This document shows positions 36,773 to 47,384 of a stretch of 64,000 bases of DNA, one piece after another. How positions within the stretch are numbered: position 1 is the stretch's first letter; each line of letters begins with the position of its first letter. Origin of the DNA: a virus. Its lineage: Duplodnaviria; Caudoviricetes. The notes beneath the pieces are model-generated. The model saw only the letters and a list, made by a program, of their open reading frames with translations, did no database searches and had not been told where the DNA came from. A program made the position numbers and the translations under genes. The stretch is taken from IMG/VR virus record IMGVR_UViG_3300032038_000070, positions 3,399-67,398 of that record; one strand, 5' to 3'.

Positions 36773-37776
36773 TTACCAAACACATCATTAATTTTCTCCT
36801 CCATCACCTTCTGTTCGGAATCCAGAGTATGACGGTACACGCGGTTCATCGTGTAGGACGTTGCCCATCCTCCCCGGGACATGATGTAAGCATCCGGGAT
36901 GCCGGCAGCGTGAGCGATAGACACGAAGGCATGACGCAGGTCGTGGAAGCGGAAGGTCGGGATGTCGTTCGCCTCAAGGAGCGCATGGAAGCGTTTAGAG
37001 ATCGTCCCGACAGAGAGCCGGGTGACGTAGCCCTGTTTCCGGATCAAGTCCGCAAGGAATGCCGGGAGAAGGATATGCCTGTTCGACTCGTCTGTCTTCG
37101 GATAATCCTTGATGGTCTGCCTGCCCTTCACGTCGACGACAGCAGCCCGGTGGACGTAGAGGACATTATCATCCCCAAGGTCTTTGATAGACGCAGCCAC
37201 GATCTCACCGCGACGCATAGGTGCAAGCGCAGCGAGCAGTACCGGCACCTCCATGTTCGTACCTTTTATAATTTGATAAAGGCGCTTCATCACCTCGGCA
37301 TCCGGGATGTTCATCTCTGGCCGGGAGAGCTTCGGCAGCGTCGGAGCGTGAGGCTCGTATCCGTTGTAGTTTAATACCGCATTAACAAGGTAGAAACAGT
37401 TCCGCACCGTTTTAGCGGACAAATCCTCGGCCAGAACATTGACTGCTCGCTGAAGGGCTTTAGTGTCTATTTCGTACAGCCTCATTTTAAGCAGCTCCGG
37501 GTAGTACGCAGCCAGAGACGACCGGATCGTGGTGTATCCCCGGATAGTGGACGGAGAGAGCACCGGTGTCTTTATCTTGATGTAATCGTTGATGGCCTTC
37601 TTCAGAATTAAAGAAGAAGTTTTCTCCCGGGAGAGCGTTGTGGAGAATTTCAGAGCCTCGAGCTGCGCGAGCTCCTTGGTCTCAGCCAAGAAGGACTTGT
37701 ACATCCGCTTCCCTTTTTCGTTGTACCCAACAAAGACCTGTGCTCTCCACATCCCGGAGGGGAGCTGAGTAGGCAT
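36715..37776 (-). CDS. int: Tyrosine integrase of phage B
   Basis: MRRGEI, FRFHDLRH, RGGW...M..VYRH catalytic R/H-x-x-R/Y; likely start MPTQ with a GGAGG RBS. Confidence 0.95.
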   Translation of the reverse strand: MPTQLPSGMWRAQVFVGYNEKGKRMYKSFLAETKELAQLEALKFSTTLSREKTSSLILKKAINDYIKIKTPVLSPSTIRGYTTIRSSLAAYYPELLKMRLYEIDTKALQRAVNVLAEDLSAKTVRNCFYLVNAVLNYNGYEPHAPTLPKLSRPEMNIPDAEVMKRLYQIIKGTNMEVPVLLAALAPMRRGEIVAASIKDLGDDNVLYVHRAAVVDVKGRQTIKDYPKTDESNRHILLPAFLADLIRKQGYVTRLSVGTISKRFHALLEANDIPTFRFHDLRHAFVSIAHAAGIPDAYIMSRGGWATSYTMNRVYRHTLDSEQKVMEEKINDVFGNVLQDVNGEAVLQNHVASD

Positions 37777-37777
37777 C

Positions 37778-38395
37778 TTACACCTCCCTCCTAATTTCAA
37801 CTACCTTCCCGGCAATGGTGACCGGGAGCTTCATTATTTCCTCATTCGTAAAGACCATCGGGTCGTACGCAGGATTCAGCGAGACAAGCGTAACCCCGGA
37901 GGTCGTCTTCTTGAGCTTCTTACAGCAGCCGTCGCAGCCGTTCACGATGGCAATTACCACATCCCCGGTCTCAGCATCATTCTGCTGCTTCACGACCACA
38001 ACATCCCCATCCATTATAAAAGGAGACATCGAGTCGCCTTTGATTTTGAGAGCGAAGAACTCACCGGTAGCCGCGAGCTTCCGAGAGATTTCTTCCTGCC
38101 CGATTATGTTCTCGACAGCAGAGATCGGTATGCCGGCAGCAACGCGGCCTAGCAGAGGAATCATCACTCCGTTAGACGCAGGAGGCATCTCCGCAGCTTC
38201 TCCCATTAGGAAGGAAGGAGTAACTCCCAGATAATCAGCAATCATCGACAGCCTTTTCGCGGAGGGAGTAGACCCTCGCTTCTGAGTGTTGTTCACATAT
38301 CCGTTTCCAAGACCAAGCGTAGTTTCGAGCTTCATCACAGTTATTCCGCGATCCTTGCAGAGAGCGCGAACCCTATCAGCAAATCCTTCCATCAT
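37778..38395 (-). CDS. LexA-like CI repressor (HTH plus S24 autopeptidase)
   Basis: PLLGRVAAG cleavage site, GDSM, CKKL. Confidence 0.93.
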   Translation of the reverse strand: MMEGFADRVRALCKDRGITVMKLETTLGLGNGYVNNTQKRGSTPSAKRLSMIADYLGVTPSFLMGEAAEMPPASNGVMIPLLGRVAAGIPISAVENIIGQEEISRKLAATGEFFALKIKGDSMSPFIMDGDVVVVKQQNDAETGDVVIAIVNGCDGCCKKLKKTTSGVTLVSLNPAYDPMVFTNEEIMKLPVTIAGKVVEIRREV

Positions 38396-38414
38396 AACCC
38401 TCCTTAAAAAATTT

Positions 38415-38498
38415 TTGAAATTTGTCTAAAAATTGCTTTTCATTTAGAAAAAAAGCGAGTATGATTATGATTGTAAGTTAGATTTAATTCTAACTTAC
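38415..38498 (+). promoter_or_regulatory. Phage B early promoter 1 with TAGA-N6-TCTA operators
   Basis: TTTTCA, 17 bp, TATGAT (38437-38465); palindrome GTAAGTTAGA-TTTAAT-TCTAACTTAC (38473-38498); near-match at 38415. Confidence 0.7.
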
Positions 38499-38546
38499 GG
38501 GTAGGGTACCATATTCGATTCTAAATTTCAAGAGGAGGCAGGAGCC

Positions 38547-41500
38547 ATGACAAAGACATACAGAGTGAAGATCACAACAGCAGCAGGAACACAGAGCAGC
38601 ATCATCACAGCTCGCAGCGCAGACAGCGCAGACAAGAAGGCCTACGGCATGATGCTCAAGGCAAAGGGCAGCAGATACATCGTTTACAGAATCGCAGCAT
38701 AAGGAGGTAACGAGATGGGAACATACAGAGAGCTTGTTGAGAAGGACAGAGCCGAATGGATTGGACAGAAGGTTTGGTTTGAAGGAGAGCAGTACACAGT
38801 AGTCGATGTCGATTATAACGGAGCGCTTCTGATTGACAAGAAAGCACGATTCACAGACACGACAGCAGTCAGCAGATTCCAGATTGAAAGGAGATGACGA
38901 CATGACAAACGAAAGAGCGATGCAGCACAGGATCATCGACAGTTGGCTCGACACTTGCTTCAACAAGAGGCATCAGACATTCGAAGAAGTTCTGGCAGGA
39001 GCCGAACGGCTTTACGAGGCCGGTGTGATGAGCCGGGCAGCTTACCGGATAGCGATCTACAGACTTACAGTCGAAACGCTCCACTAAGGAGCGTCTACCG
39101 AGGGACAGCCTCCCGGTACTGATGAGACAGGCTTCATATTGAAAGGAGAATAACGATGGTGGACTTCAGAGAGTACAGACAGGCAGTTAAGGAAAAGGTT
39201 TTAGAAATCAATACATTCGATAGATGCGGCAGCTTCCCTTGGAAGGCAAAGGTTCTGAAGAACGAGATTCGCCTCGCGAACAGCTACCTCGACGAGGGTA
39301 CACACTTCACAATCAAGTTCGTCGGCGACGAGGCCGAGCCGCTTACATGGGGCATCTTCGGATACAACACACTCGGCGAGCGCTTCACGATCCGCTGCAT
39401 CGGTGAGAGCAGATGGGACGATGGCGATACAGAGGCCTGCATCAGAATGGCAATCGACGATGCAAACAAGCACTTCAATTACTGCTACTAAGAAGGAGGA
39501 GAGACATGAGAGCAATCACATTCGAGACGACGAGGATTTACGACAACGGCATCTGCGGCGAAAAGCCGCTGAGATGCCAGTGGAGACAGGACAACGGAAG
39601 CCGGTGGTCAATCTGGACAGAATCATGGATCAACGGACAGTGGGTGAAAATCGACACAGGCTATCCACTGGAAAATGTTCTTGGAGCGGTCAACCGGTTC
39701 CGCAAAGACCCGGAGCAGTACATCATCAAGTTTGAGCTTATCTAAGGAGGAAGAGAGATGAAGAGAACAATCTACCAGAACAAGCGTGACGAAGACAAGT
39801 ACCTCGAGGTGGTGAGGTACAGCAGCGGTAACTACTACGCAGTCCAGTTCATGAAGTGGGGCAGCATCGTGAACAAGCTTGGCAGCAGGACAGGACGCAG
39901 ATTCCGGTGGACGAAGAGGAGCCTCGAGGCGCTCCTCGAGGACTACAGAGCGGTCGAGCCGTTCGAGATCAGACTGGTACACAAAGGAAGAATCTGGCAG
40001 CACGAAGCATAGGAGGAATGAGATGGCAAAGGGACTTACATACGAGGAGCTGATGGAATACGCGAAGCAGCACTACAACAAGGGAGGCGACAGCGTCTAC
40101 GAATGTTGGGACGAACGCACCTACAACGAGTACGTCGAGATGTTCGGGGCAATCACGAAGCGCAAAGCTCTGGCGATGTTCCGAATCGACTACGAGGTAA
40201 CGAGAGATCGGATGGGATGGTAAGGAGGAGAGAGATGGAGTTCACAAGAGAAGATATCGAGAAGGTTTACGACGAGCTTGACAGGAGGATGGAAATCGAC
40301 ATCAGAGATGAAGCCATCCCGTGGAACGGAGATAGCATCCGAGAAGAGAGAGCATCCCGGTTACAGGGAGTATACGGAACAATCATGGCGCTCGCCCCGG
40401 ATAAGAATTGGCAGGAAGTCGTAAGGTGGTTCGGTGAGATTGAGGAAGAGAGATACGGAGGTATGAGATGAGAAGAACAGCAATCGTATTTGACGCAGCG
40501 AGAGAGGGATACGGGATTGACCAGATTCGCAATCCCATGACGGTAAAGGAGCTGAGAGAGATTCTCGATGATTGTGAGGACGACGATCTCGTAATACTGT
40601 CCCACGACAACGGATACACATACGGCTCGCCGAGGTACCCGGCATACTACTGCGAAGGCAGCGACGGAGAGTGGGGAGAGATTTGAGGAGGAAGCATGAG
40701 AGCAGAGTTCGTAGAGGTCAGATATTGGGACGGCAAAATCAATGACGTGTGCGTCACAGCGTTCACGAGAGCGGAGGCTCTGGACAAGATAGAGGAGCTC
40801 GTCAAGAACAAGGGATACATCATGAACATCGAACAGTTCAGCGTACCGGTAGGAGGAGAGAAATGAGAGCAGGAGACAGAGACGACTGGTTCGAGCTTTG
40901 GTTCGAGGACAAGAGAAGCATCGAAGAAACGATGATTCGGAACATGATAGCAGACATCGAGGCCGGGTACGATCCGACCGGGAACATCATCAAGATGGAG
41001 CGCGACGAGATACAGCAGTACAGGAAGGAGGTAGATGATCAGATAGAGCGGTTCAAGGAGATGGAAGACGCAGCCGTCAACCGGTGGTGCTATTACGACA
41101 TGAAGAAGAGAGGAGCAATCGCATGAACAAGTACAAAGTCTATTACAGGCCGAAGAAGGACAATAACTACAGGGAGGCAGAGATCGCAGCCCCATCCAAG
41201 AAGCAGGCAGCTCAGCAAGTACACGAGGCATTCGAGGACTACGGAATGCCGGTCAAGATAGTTTACATTGAGGAGGTAGAAGCATGACAGACAAGATTAC
41301 AACAACAGATTTAGCAGACTTCGGCTACAGGGAGCTTGGCCTGCTTAGAGAGATCATCGAAGCTATGGAAGACCACGGCCTCCCGGAAGACTTCGAGAAC
41401 TGCGGAGTCACTCCGATGTTCAATACTCACAGCGGAGAGGTCTTCCTCACAAACGACGAGTACCAAGTAGCGATGGAACGCGGAGGCCGGTTGGAGAGTT

Positions 41501-41679
41501 GGTACACACTCAGCTACACAGGCCACGAAGGATTCCTCGACGATCTCTACGAGGATTTCGAGCGAGGTGAAATCTTCTACCGAGACCTCGACGAGCTTGC
41601 TGAGATTCTGGAGCGTAACCACGAGTACGACAAGGCCGAGTACGTTAGGGAGGTAATCGAGCAGGAAAGCGCAGGATAA
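38547..41679 (+). CDS. Array of 13 small early hypothetical ORFs (51-131 aa; starts 38547, 38715, 38902, 39156, 39506, 39758, 40023, 40235, 40468, 40696, 40863, 41123, 41284)
   Basis: Each has a strong AGGAG(G) RBS or stop/start overlap; no family recognised. Confidence 0.75.
39070..39133 (+). ncRNA. Type II hammerhead ribozyme with pseudoknot
   Basis: GTC-GAAA-CGCTCC/GGAGCG-TC (cleavage after GUC 39093-39095), stem I TACC/GGTA plus GGGA/TCCC, CTGATGA, GAC; loop AGCCT pairs with 3' AGGCT. Confidence 0.88.
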
Positions 41680-41696
41680 TTTTTTTACCCTATAGA

Positions 41697-41766
41697 TAGA
41701 AAAATGTCTAATTTAATTGTTTACATTTCGAGTTCTGTATAATACAATGAACTAGACATTTTTCTA
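41697..41766 (+). promoter_or_regulatory. Phage B early promoter 2 flanked by inverted operators
   Basis: TAGAAAAATGTCTA (41697) and its exact reverse complement (41753); TTTACA, 17 bp, TACAAT (41720-41748). Confidence 0.75.
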
Positions 41767-41782
41767 AGGAGGACAAGAAATA

Positions 41783-42007
41783 ATGATTCTAGCAGAGAAC
41801 ATATTAGCGTATTGCGAGATCAACGGCATCAGCAGACAGGAGTTCGAGATACGCTGCGGCCTCAGCAACGGACTCGTCTACAAGTGGGAAAGAGGAATTG
41901 CAAAGAATCCCACATACTCGACGCTTACAAAGATTGAGAGAGCTACCCGGATACCTGTTAGCCGTTGGATGAAAAAAGGAGGGATATATGCAAAGAGAAA
42001 AACCTAA
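41783..42007 (+). CDS. Cro-like XRE HTH protein
   Basis: ISRQEFEIRCGLSNGLVYKWERG. Confidence 0.82.
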   Translation: MILAENILAYCEINGISRQEFEIRCGLSNGLVYKWERGIAKNPTYSTLTKIERATRIPVSRWMKKGGIYAKRKT

Positions 42008-42209
42008 GCCGCTCATCACACGCAGGATCGCAGCCGGTATGGCGATGGAAGGTAAGCGACCGGCAGAGATGGCGAAGCTACTGCGAATCTCGACCCGGAC
42101 ATGGGAGCGGTGGGTGCGAGACCCAACACACTACCTTACACCAGTACGGCTCGCGATGATAGCAACGATCTTGAAGACGACAGCAGCAACACTTATTACG
42201 GAGGAATGA
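41988..42209 (+). CDS. HTH protein
   Basis: AEMAKLLRISTRTWERW. Confidence 0.7.
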   Translation: MQREKPKPLITRRIAAGMAMEGKRPAEMAKLLRISTRTWERWVRDPTHYLTPVRLAMIATILKTTAATLITEE

Positions 42210-42444
42210 AATGGACAGGATACTTGAGACAATCGGAGTTCTGATGTTCTTAATCGGAGCTTCATCAATGGACAGCGCTTCACTGCTTATACCGGCAGTT
42301 CTTGTGGTCGCCGGGTTAGGGTTGCTCCTTTTTGCAACATGGGCGTGGAATTACAGAATTTGAGGCCGAAGGCGCTACCAACACCATCGACCTCGCACAA
42401 GGATTTAGATGCTGTGATTATATCACAGGGAAAGAAGGAATGAA

Positions 42445-42816
42445 ATGGCAAGACAGTTACTTAACCTCAACACCGAAGTTATCAGAGAGCAGCTTGAGAA
42501 GGCAGGACTCACAATGACAGATTTCTCCAAGCTTATGTGCAAGGGAGAAGGCTACGTCGCGAAGGCGGTTAGGCTCGGCAAGATGTACGACACGCAGATG
42601 AGACAGGCAGAGGAGCTGCTTGGACTGGAAGAGGGTTCGCTCGAGCTGAAGGAAGAGAAGAAGGAGCCGGTACAGCTACAGCTCGTCCCGGTTGAAGAAG
42701 ACACCACGATACAGCTCATCAAAGCAATCGAGCGGCAGAACAATCTGATAGCAGCGCTCTACAAGGTAGTTAAGGCAATACAGGAGGGAAACAATGGAAA
42801 CGCTCAGACAGCTTAG
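42445..42816 (+). CDS. HTH-like hypothetical protein
   Basis: GLTMTDFSKLMCKGEGYV helical motif, RBS. Confidence 0.55.
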   Translation: MARQLLNLNTEVIREQLEKAGLTMTDFSKLMCKGEGYVAKAVRLGKMYDTQMRQAEELLGLEEGSLELKEEKKEPVQLQLVPVEEDTTIQLIKAIERQNNLIAALYKVVKAIQEGNNGNAQTA

Positions 42817-43282
42817 CAGAGAATACGCACTCCTCATGGAGCTTGCAGGAGACCCGGAGGATGAAGAGGCATTCGAGACGACGCTCGAGTCCCTCACATT
42901 CGAGATTGACGCGAAGGCCGACAGCTACGCAGACGTGATCGCGGCTATTACGTCCAGAGCGTCCGCGTGTAAGGCAGAGGCAGACAGGCTCGCTACCAGA
43001 GCCAAAACGTACGAGAACTCTGTAAAAAGGCTCAAGAATCGCCTCATGGAAGTGATGGTGCAGATGGACAGGAAGAAAATCGAGACTGACCTGCACACGT
43101 TCACCATCCAGAAGAACGGTGGCAAGAGGCCGCTCGAGATAGACGAGGAGAATGTACCAGACAGTTACAAGCGAGTGATACTCGAGACCGACAAAGAGCT
43201 TATACGGAAATGCCTCGACAAAGGACAGGAACTCGATTTCGCCCGGTACGGAGAGACCGGAACACACTTGAGGATCAGATAA
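42794..43282 (+). CDS. Siphovirus Gp157-like protein
   Basis: TLESL..EI..KAD, EADRL..R, KIETDLHTF.IQKN, C-terminal HLRIR. Confidence 0.85.
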   Translation: METLRQLSREYALLMELAGDPEDEEAFETTLESLTFEIDAKADSYADVIAAITSRASACKAEADRLATRAKTYENSVKRLKNRLMEVMVQMDRKKIETDLHTFTIQKNGGKRPLEIDEENVPDSYKRVILETDKELIRKCLDKGQELDFARYGETGTHLRIR

Positions 43283-43288
43283 AGGAGG

Positions 43289-43969
43289 ATGGAGATGGAA
43301 CAGAAGATTTACGCAGCGATCTGCGCAACGATGAAGGACATCGGAGCGGTCGGCAAGAACGATGTGAACACTTTCGACAAGTACAAGTTCAGAGGGATTG
43401 ACGCGGTTATGAACGCGCTGAGCCCGGCAATGACAAAGAACGGAATCTTCGTAGTACCTTCGGTGCTGAACTGCGAACGCGAGGAGCGCATCAGCGGCGA
43501 TGGCAAGAAGAACATGATGTACACGGTTCTGACAGTCCAGTACTCGTTCTACGCGGAGGACGGAAGCCATGTCGATGCGGTGGTCGTCGGGGAGGCGATG
43601 GACAGGAGCGACAAGAGTACGAACAAGGCCATGTCGGCAGCATTCAAGTACGCCTGCTTCCAGACGTTCTGCATCCCCACGGAGGAGCTTATGGAGGACG
43701 CAGACAAGGATAGCCCGGAAATCGGCCAGAAGGCGCGAGAAGGCGCTCCGAAGGTTGAGACGAAGGATTCCGCACCTAAGACCCAAAAGTCGCAGGAGAC
43801 CGCCGCAGCGAGCTCTGAGCAGTATATTAACGACACGCAGCGAGCTGTACTCGAGAATCTCTGCAAGAAGAGGAAGCTCGACCCGGCAGCGGTGTTCAAC
43901 GGTTGGCCTTACCTCACGCAGGAGCAGTACGGTATCGCCTGCAATAAGCTCAAAGGAGGAGCAGCGTGA
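43289..43969 (+). CDS. ERF-family ssDNA annealing protein
   Basis: YKFRGID.V, GEAMD.SDK.TNKAMS.A.KYA..Q.FCIPT. Confidence 0.88.
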   Translation: MEMEQKIYAAICATMKDIGAVGKNDVNTFDKYKFRGIDAVMNALSPAMTKNGIFVVPSVLNCEREERISGDGKKNMMYTVLTVQYSFYAEDGSHVDAVVVGEAMDRSDKSTNKAMSAAFKYACFQTFCIPTEELMEDADKDSPEIGQKAREGAPKVETKDSAPKTQKSQETAAASSEQYINDTQRAVLENLCKKRKLDPAAVFNGWPYLTQEQYGIACNKLKGGAA

Positions 43970-44523
43970 TTGATCTGACCGGGAAGGTGGTCTCTCTTGT
44001 GAGGGACTACCGCTCCCGGAAGCCGATACTCACGCTAGAGCTTAACGAGGAACCGGAAAGCCTCATCGACTACGGAGACGCAGAGCTGTGCATCAAGATA
44101 TCCAAGAAGAAGGAGCACAGGAGCCTCGACAGTAACGCATACTTCCACGTCCTCTGCGACAAGCTGAGACGCAGGAACAGAGTGTCGATGGCACGGATGA
44201 AGAACATCCTCATAGGCCGGTACGGACAGATTGACTACCTTCCAGACGGAACACAGGTAGTTATCAAGACGAACATCCCGGTAGAGCAGATGCTCGAACA
44301 GGAGACACTGCACACGCAAGCCTGCGGAGTGGACGTACAGGATGGCAAAGAGATCATCTACTACAGGGTGTACAGAGGGAGTCACACGTACAACACGCAG
44401 GAGATGCACGAGCTCATCGAGGGAACGATCATCGAGTGCAAGGAGCTTGGCATCGAGACAGCTACACCAGACGAGATAGCAAGAATGGAGGCATTATGGG
44501 CGAGAAGACACGGTCGCAGATAG
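43966..44523 (+). CDS. NinB-like recombination protein
   Basis: RSLDSNAYFH.LC, GSHTYNT.EM.ELIEG...EC.ELGIET. Confidence 0.75.
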   Translation: MIDLTGKVVSLVRDYRSRKPILTLELNEEPESLIDYGDAELCIKISKKKEHRSLDSNAYFHVLCDKLRRRNRVSMARMKNILIGRYGQIDYLPDGTQVVIKTNIPVEQMLEQETLHTQACGVDVQDGKEIIYYRVYRGSHTYNTQEMHELIEGTIIECKELGIETATPDEIARMEALWARRHGRR

Positions 44524-44876
44524 GCCGGTCGAACAGGGACAGAGGAGCAGCGGCAGAGAGACAGGTACGCGATCTGTTCCGGGCATTAGGATTCGACGCG
44601 GTGAGACGAGGACACGTCTTCGACCACGAGAGCGATGTTGTTGGAGTCCCCGGAATACACATCGAGGTGAAGTACCAGAAAAAACCGGCTCTGTGGAGTT
44701 GGATTTACCAGTCGAAGGCCGAGGCCGCGACGAAGAACGACGGACAGCCGGTGGTGTGGTTTAGAAAGCCCGGAGAGAACTGGCACGTAATCGTAACCGG
44801 GAAGCTGTTCATGGAGATGTACCTAGCGTGGTACCGGGAACAGACAGCGGATATTGGAGGAACAGAGGATGAATGA
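44496..44876 (+). CDS. PD-(D/E)XK Holliday-junction-resolvase-like nuclease
   Basis: SN..RGAAAER, SDVVG.PG.HIEVK. Confidence 0.75.
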   Translation: MGEKTRSQIGRSNRDRGAAAERQVRDLFRALGFDAVRRGHVFDHESDVVGVPGIHIEVKYQKKPALWSWIYQSKAEAATKNDGQPVVWFRKPGENWHVIVTGKLFMEMYLAWYREQTADIGGTEDE

Positions 44877-45543
44877 TAGTTTCGTATTCTACGCGAGCTT
44901 CTACGAGGCAATCAGCGAGCTTGACCCGGAGGATCAGTTGGCCTGCTACAACGCTATCACCAGATACGCGCTGTTCGGAGAGGAGCCTCAGAGCGGTGGC
45001 ATCGTCAAAGCAGTCTTCAAGCTAGTGAAGCCAAACATAGATGCAAACCAGAAGAAGCGCGAAGCAGGACGCAAGGGTGGAGAAGCAAAAGCGAAGCAAG
45101 ACGAAAGCACAGCGGAAGCAGAAAGCAAGCAAAGTGGAAGCAAACGTGAAGCAAAACGAAGCATAGCGGAAGCAAACGTGAAGCAAAACGAAGCACCATG
45201 CGAAAAAGTGCCAAGCAATGAAGATGAAGATGAAGATGAAGATGAAGATAAAAAGAAAAGAGTAGAAAAGAAAAGTCGCTTCGCTCCTCCCTCCCTAGAG
45301 GAGGTAACCGAATACTGCCGGGAGAGAAACAACAGCGTGGATCCGCAGCAGTTTATTGACTTCTACAGCTCGAAGGGATGGAAGGTTGGCAATCAACCGA
45401 TGAAGGACTGGAAAGCTTGCGTACGGACGTGGGAACGACGCGAGGCTACGCGAGCCGGCACGCGAGGGAAGCCGAATCCATTCAACCAGATGATGCATAC
45501 GGACTATGACATGAAGGCGATAGAGGAGGCGATCTTGGCATGA
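44869..45543 (+). CDS. Replication initiator (lambda O-like) with internal iterons
   Basis: SFVFY.SFYEAI, F.PPSLEEV.EYC, F.DFY.SKGW.VG..PMKDWKA.VRTWE. Confidence 0.85.
   Translation: MNDSFVFYASFYEAISELDPEDQLACYNAITRYALFGEEPQSGGIVKAVFKLVKPNIDANQKKREAGRKGGEAKAKQDESTAEAESKQSGSKREAKRSIAEANVKQNEAPCEKVPSNEDEDEDEDEDKKKRVEKKSRFAPPSLEEVTEYCRERNNSVDPQQFIDFYSSKGWKVGNQPMKDWKACVRTWERREATRAGTRGKPNPFNQMMHTDYDMKAIEEAILA
45060..45248. repeat. Iteron-like GAAGCA repeats (origin of phage B)
   Basis: 28-bp direct repeat GGAAGCAAACGTGAAGCAAAACGAAGCA at 45136 and 45168, further GAAGCA units, then (GATGAA)n. Confidence 0.65.
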
Positions 45544-45809
45544 ACACGATTATTGCAGACGACGTTCCGTACCGCTGCTACCTGTGTGGCTGTTATGGCC
45601 CTCAGCAGGTACACCATATGCTCCACGGCATCCATCGGAAGAACGCTGACCACTATGGCCTTACCGTACACCTTTGTCCGAAATGCCACCGTGATCTGCA
45701 CGACAACAGGACGAACGACCTGTTCCTCGAAAAAGAAGCGCAGAGAGCATTCGAGCATCAGTACAGCCACGAGGACTTCATCAAGGTCTTCGGGAAAAAC
45801 TGGCTATGA
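45540..45809 (+). CDS. HNH-like zinc-binding protein
   Basis: CYLCG...VHH...LCPKCHRDLH. Confidence 0.7.
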   Translation: MNTIIADDVPYRCYLCGCYGPQQVHHMLHGIHRKNADHYGLTVHLCPKCHRDLHDNRTNDLFLEKEAQRAFEHQYSHEDFIKVFGKNWL

Positions 45810-46023
45810 ACGACGGAGCAGTGAAGGTGCCGTGCAAGGACTGCACGGACAGGAATGCATATTGCCATTCTTCTTGCGAGCGGTACGAGGCGTTCTGCAA
45901 GGAGATGGACAAGCGGAAAAAAGCAAAGGAGCTCGAGATCATACTGGATGATGTCCAATACACAGGGCAGCGCAGGATGATGAAGGCACATAACATACTT
46001 AAACAGTTCCAGAGGAGGTTACC

Positions 46024-46425
46024 ATGAACACAGTCATTTTGATGGGCAGATTAACGAGAGACCCGGATGTTAGATACACACAGGGAGAGACAGCAACTTG
46101 CATCGCCCGGTACACGATTGCCGTGGACAGACGGAAGAAAGACGCAGGAGCAGACTTCATCAGTTGCGTGGCGTTCGGCAAGGGAGGAGAGTTCGCAGAG
46201 AAGTACCTCCACAAGGGAACGAAGATCACCCTCAGAGGACACATCCAGACCGGCAGCTACACGAACAAGGATGGACAGAAGGTGTACACGACAGACGTGG
46301 TTGTGGACGAGCAGGAGTTCGCAGAGAGCAAAGGACAGCAGCAGGATAGCACCGGATACCTTCCCCCGGACAGCGACTTCATGAAGATACCGGACAGTAT
46401 TGACGAGGAGCTGCCGTTCTCATGA
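46024..46425 (+). CDS. ssb: Single-stranded DNA-binding protein
   Basis: MNTVILMGRLTRDP, GHIQTGSY, C-terminal EELPF. Confidence 0.95.
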   Translation: MNTVILMGRLTRDPDVRYTQGETATCIARYTIAVDRRKKDAGADFISCVAFGKGGEFAEKYLHKGTKITLRGHIQTGSYTNKDGQKVYTTDVVVDEQEFAESKGQQQDSTGYLPPDSDFMKIPDSIDEELPFS

Positions 46426-46590
46426 GGACTTTTGAGCAGATAGACGCGGAGCGGCATCACTTCAGACGGTGGAAAACAAAGCACGTCAAAGCGGTACACA
46501 CAGCGAGCGGATGCCGGTTCGCATACGATACAGACAAGATAGACGACGAAGACTTTGAGGAGGAGTTGGAGACGTACAGGAGGGAACATC

Positions 46591-47010
46591 ATGGAAAGAC
46601 TACTGGTTGCAATTGAGCCGGGAGCATTTGTCCCGGAGAGAGCACACCGGGAGGACGCAGGCATCGACCTGCGCTCCCCGGTCGAGTGCAGCGTCATTAA
46701 GGGAAACCCGGCTATCATCGACACCGGGGTACACGTAGCGATCCCGGAGGGGTACGTCGGATTCCTCAAGAGCAAGAGCGGCCTAAACGTGAAGCACGGT
46801 ATCCGCTGTGAGGGAGTTATAGACGCAGGATACACTGGAGCGATTGTCGCGAAGCTCTACAACGACAGCAATACACCGTACCACGTAAGCAAGGGAGACA
46901 AGATTACGCAGCTCGTTATACTGCCTATTGCGACACCGGAGATCGAGGTGGTCACGATGATACGCGGAGGCGAGCGAGGCGACAACGGATTCGGGAGTAC
47001 GGGAAGATAA
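46591..47010 (+). CDS. dut: dUTPase (trimeric)
   Basis: DAGIDL, KSGL, GVIDAGY.G, GDKITQL, RG.NGFGSTG. Confidence 0.95.
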   Translation: MERLLVAIEPGAFVPERAHREDAGIDLRSPVECSVIKGNPAIIDTGVHVAIPEGYVGFLKSKSGLNVKHGIRCEGVIDAGYTGAIVAKLYNDSNTPYHVSKGDKITQLVILPIATPEIEVVTMIRGGERGDNGFGSTGR

Positions 47011-47021
47011 GGAGAAAAAAG

Positions 47022-47225
47022 ATGAGAACACGGAAAGATAAAAAGCTGTATAACCAAGCACGTTACTTCTCTATTGAAGAGCTTGTTTCTTACACAAGCT
47101 TAGGAAGAGAGACAGCAAGAAGAATCGGTACTGAGTCTGGGGCTGCAATCAAAATCGGGAGACGTGTCATTTACGACAGGGCAAAAATAGATGCATACCT
47201 AGAGTCAATAAGCACAGGGAGGTAA
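47022..47225 (+). CDS. Excisionase-like winged-helix protein
   Basis: SIEELVSYTSLGRETARRIG...IGRRVIYDR.KID.YL. Confidence 0.6.
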   Translation: MRTRKDKKLYNQARYFSIEELVSYTSLGRETARRIGTESGAAIKIGRRVIYDRAKIDAYLESISTGR

Positions 47226-47384
47226 TTATGTGCATATTCGATGGAGATTGCGAACACTGCCCTTACCCGGATTGCGTAGCGACAGAGATGCAGGCTGCAA
47301 AGTTCTACAACAGAGAGGAGCAGTCCTGCAAGAAGCGGTACGGCAGAGAACTCGTAAAACAGGTCTTGAAGAGGGAACAGAAGA

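Noticed and set aside
45219-45248. (GATGAA)n microsatellite as a phase-variation switch
   Set aside because: A hexamer repeat keeps the frame; it simply encodes the acidic linker typical of initiator proteins.
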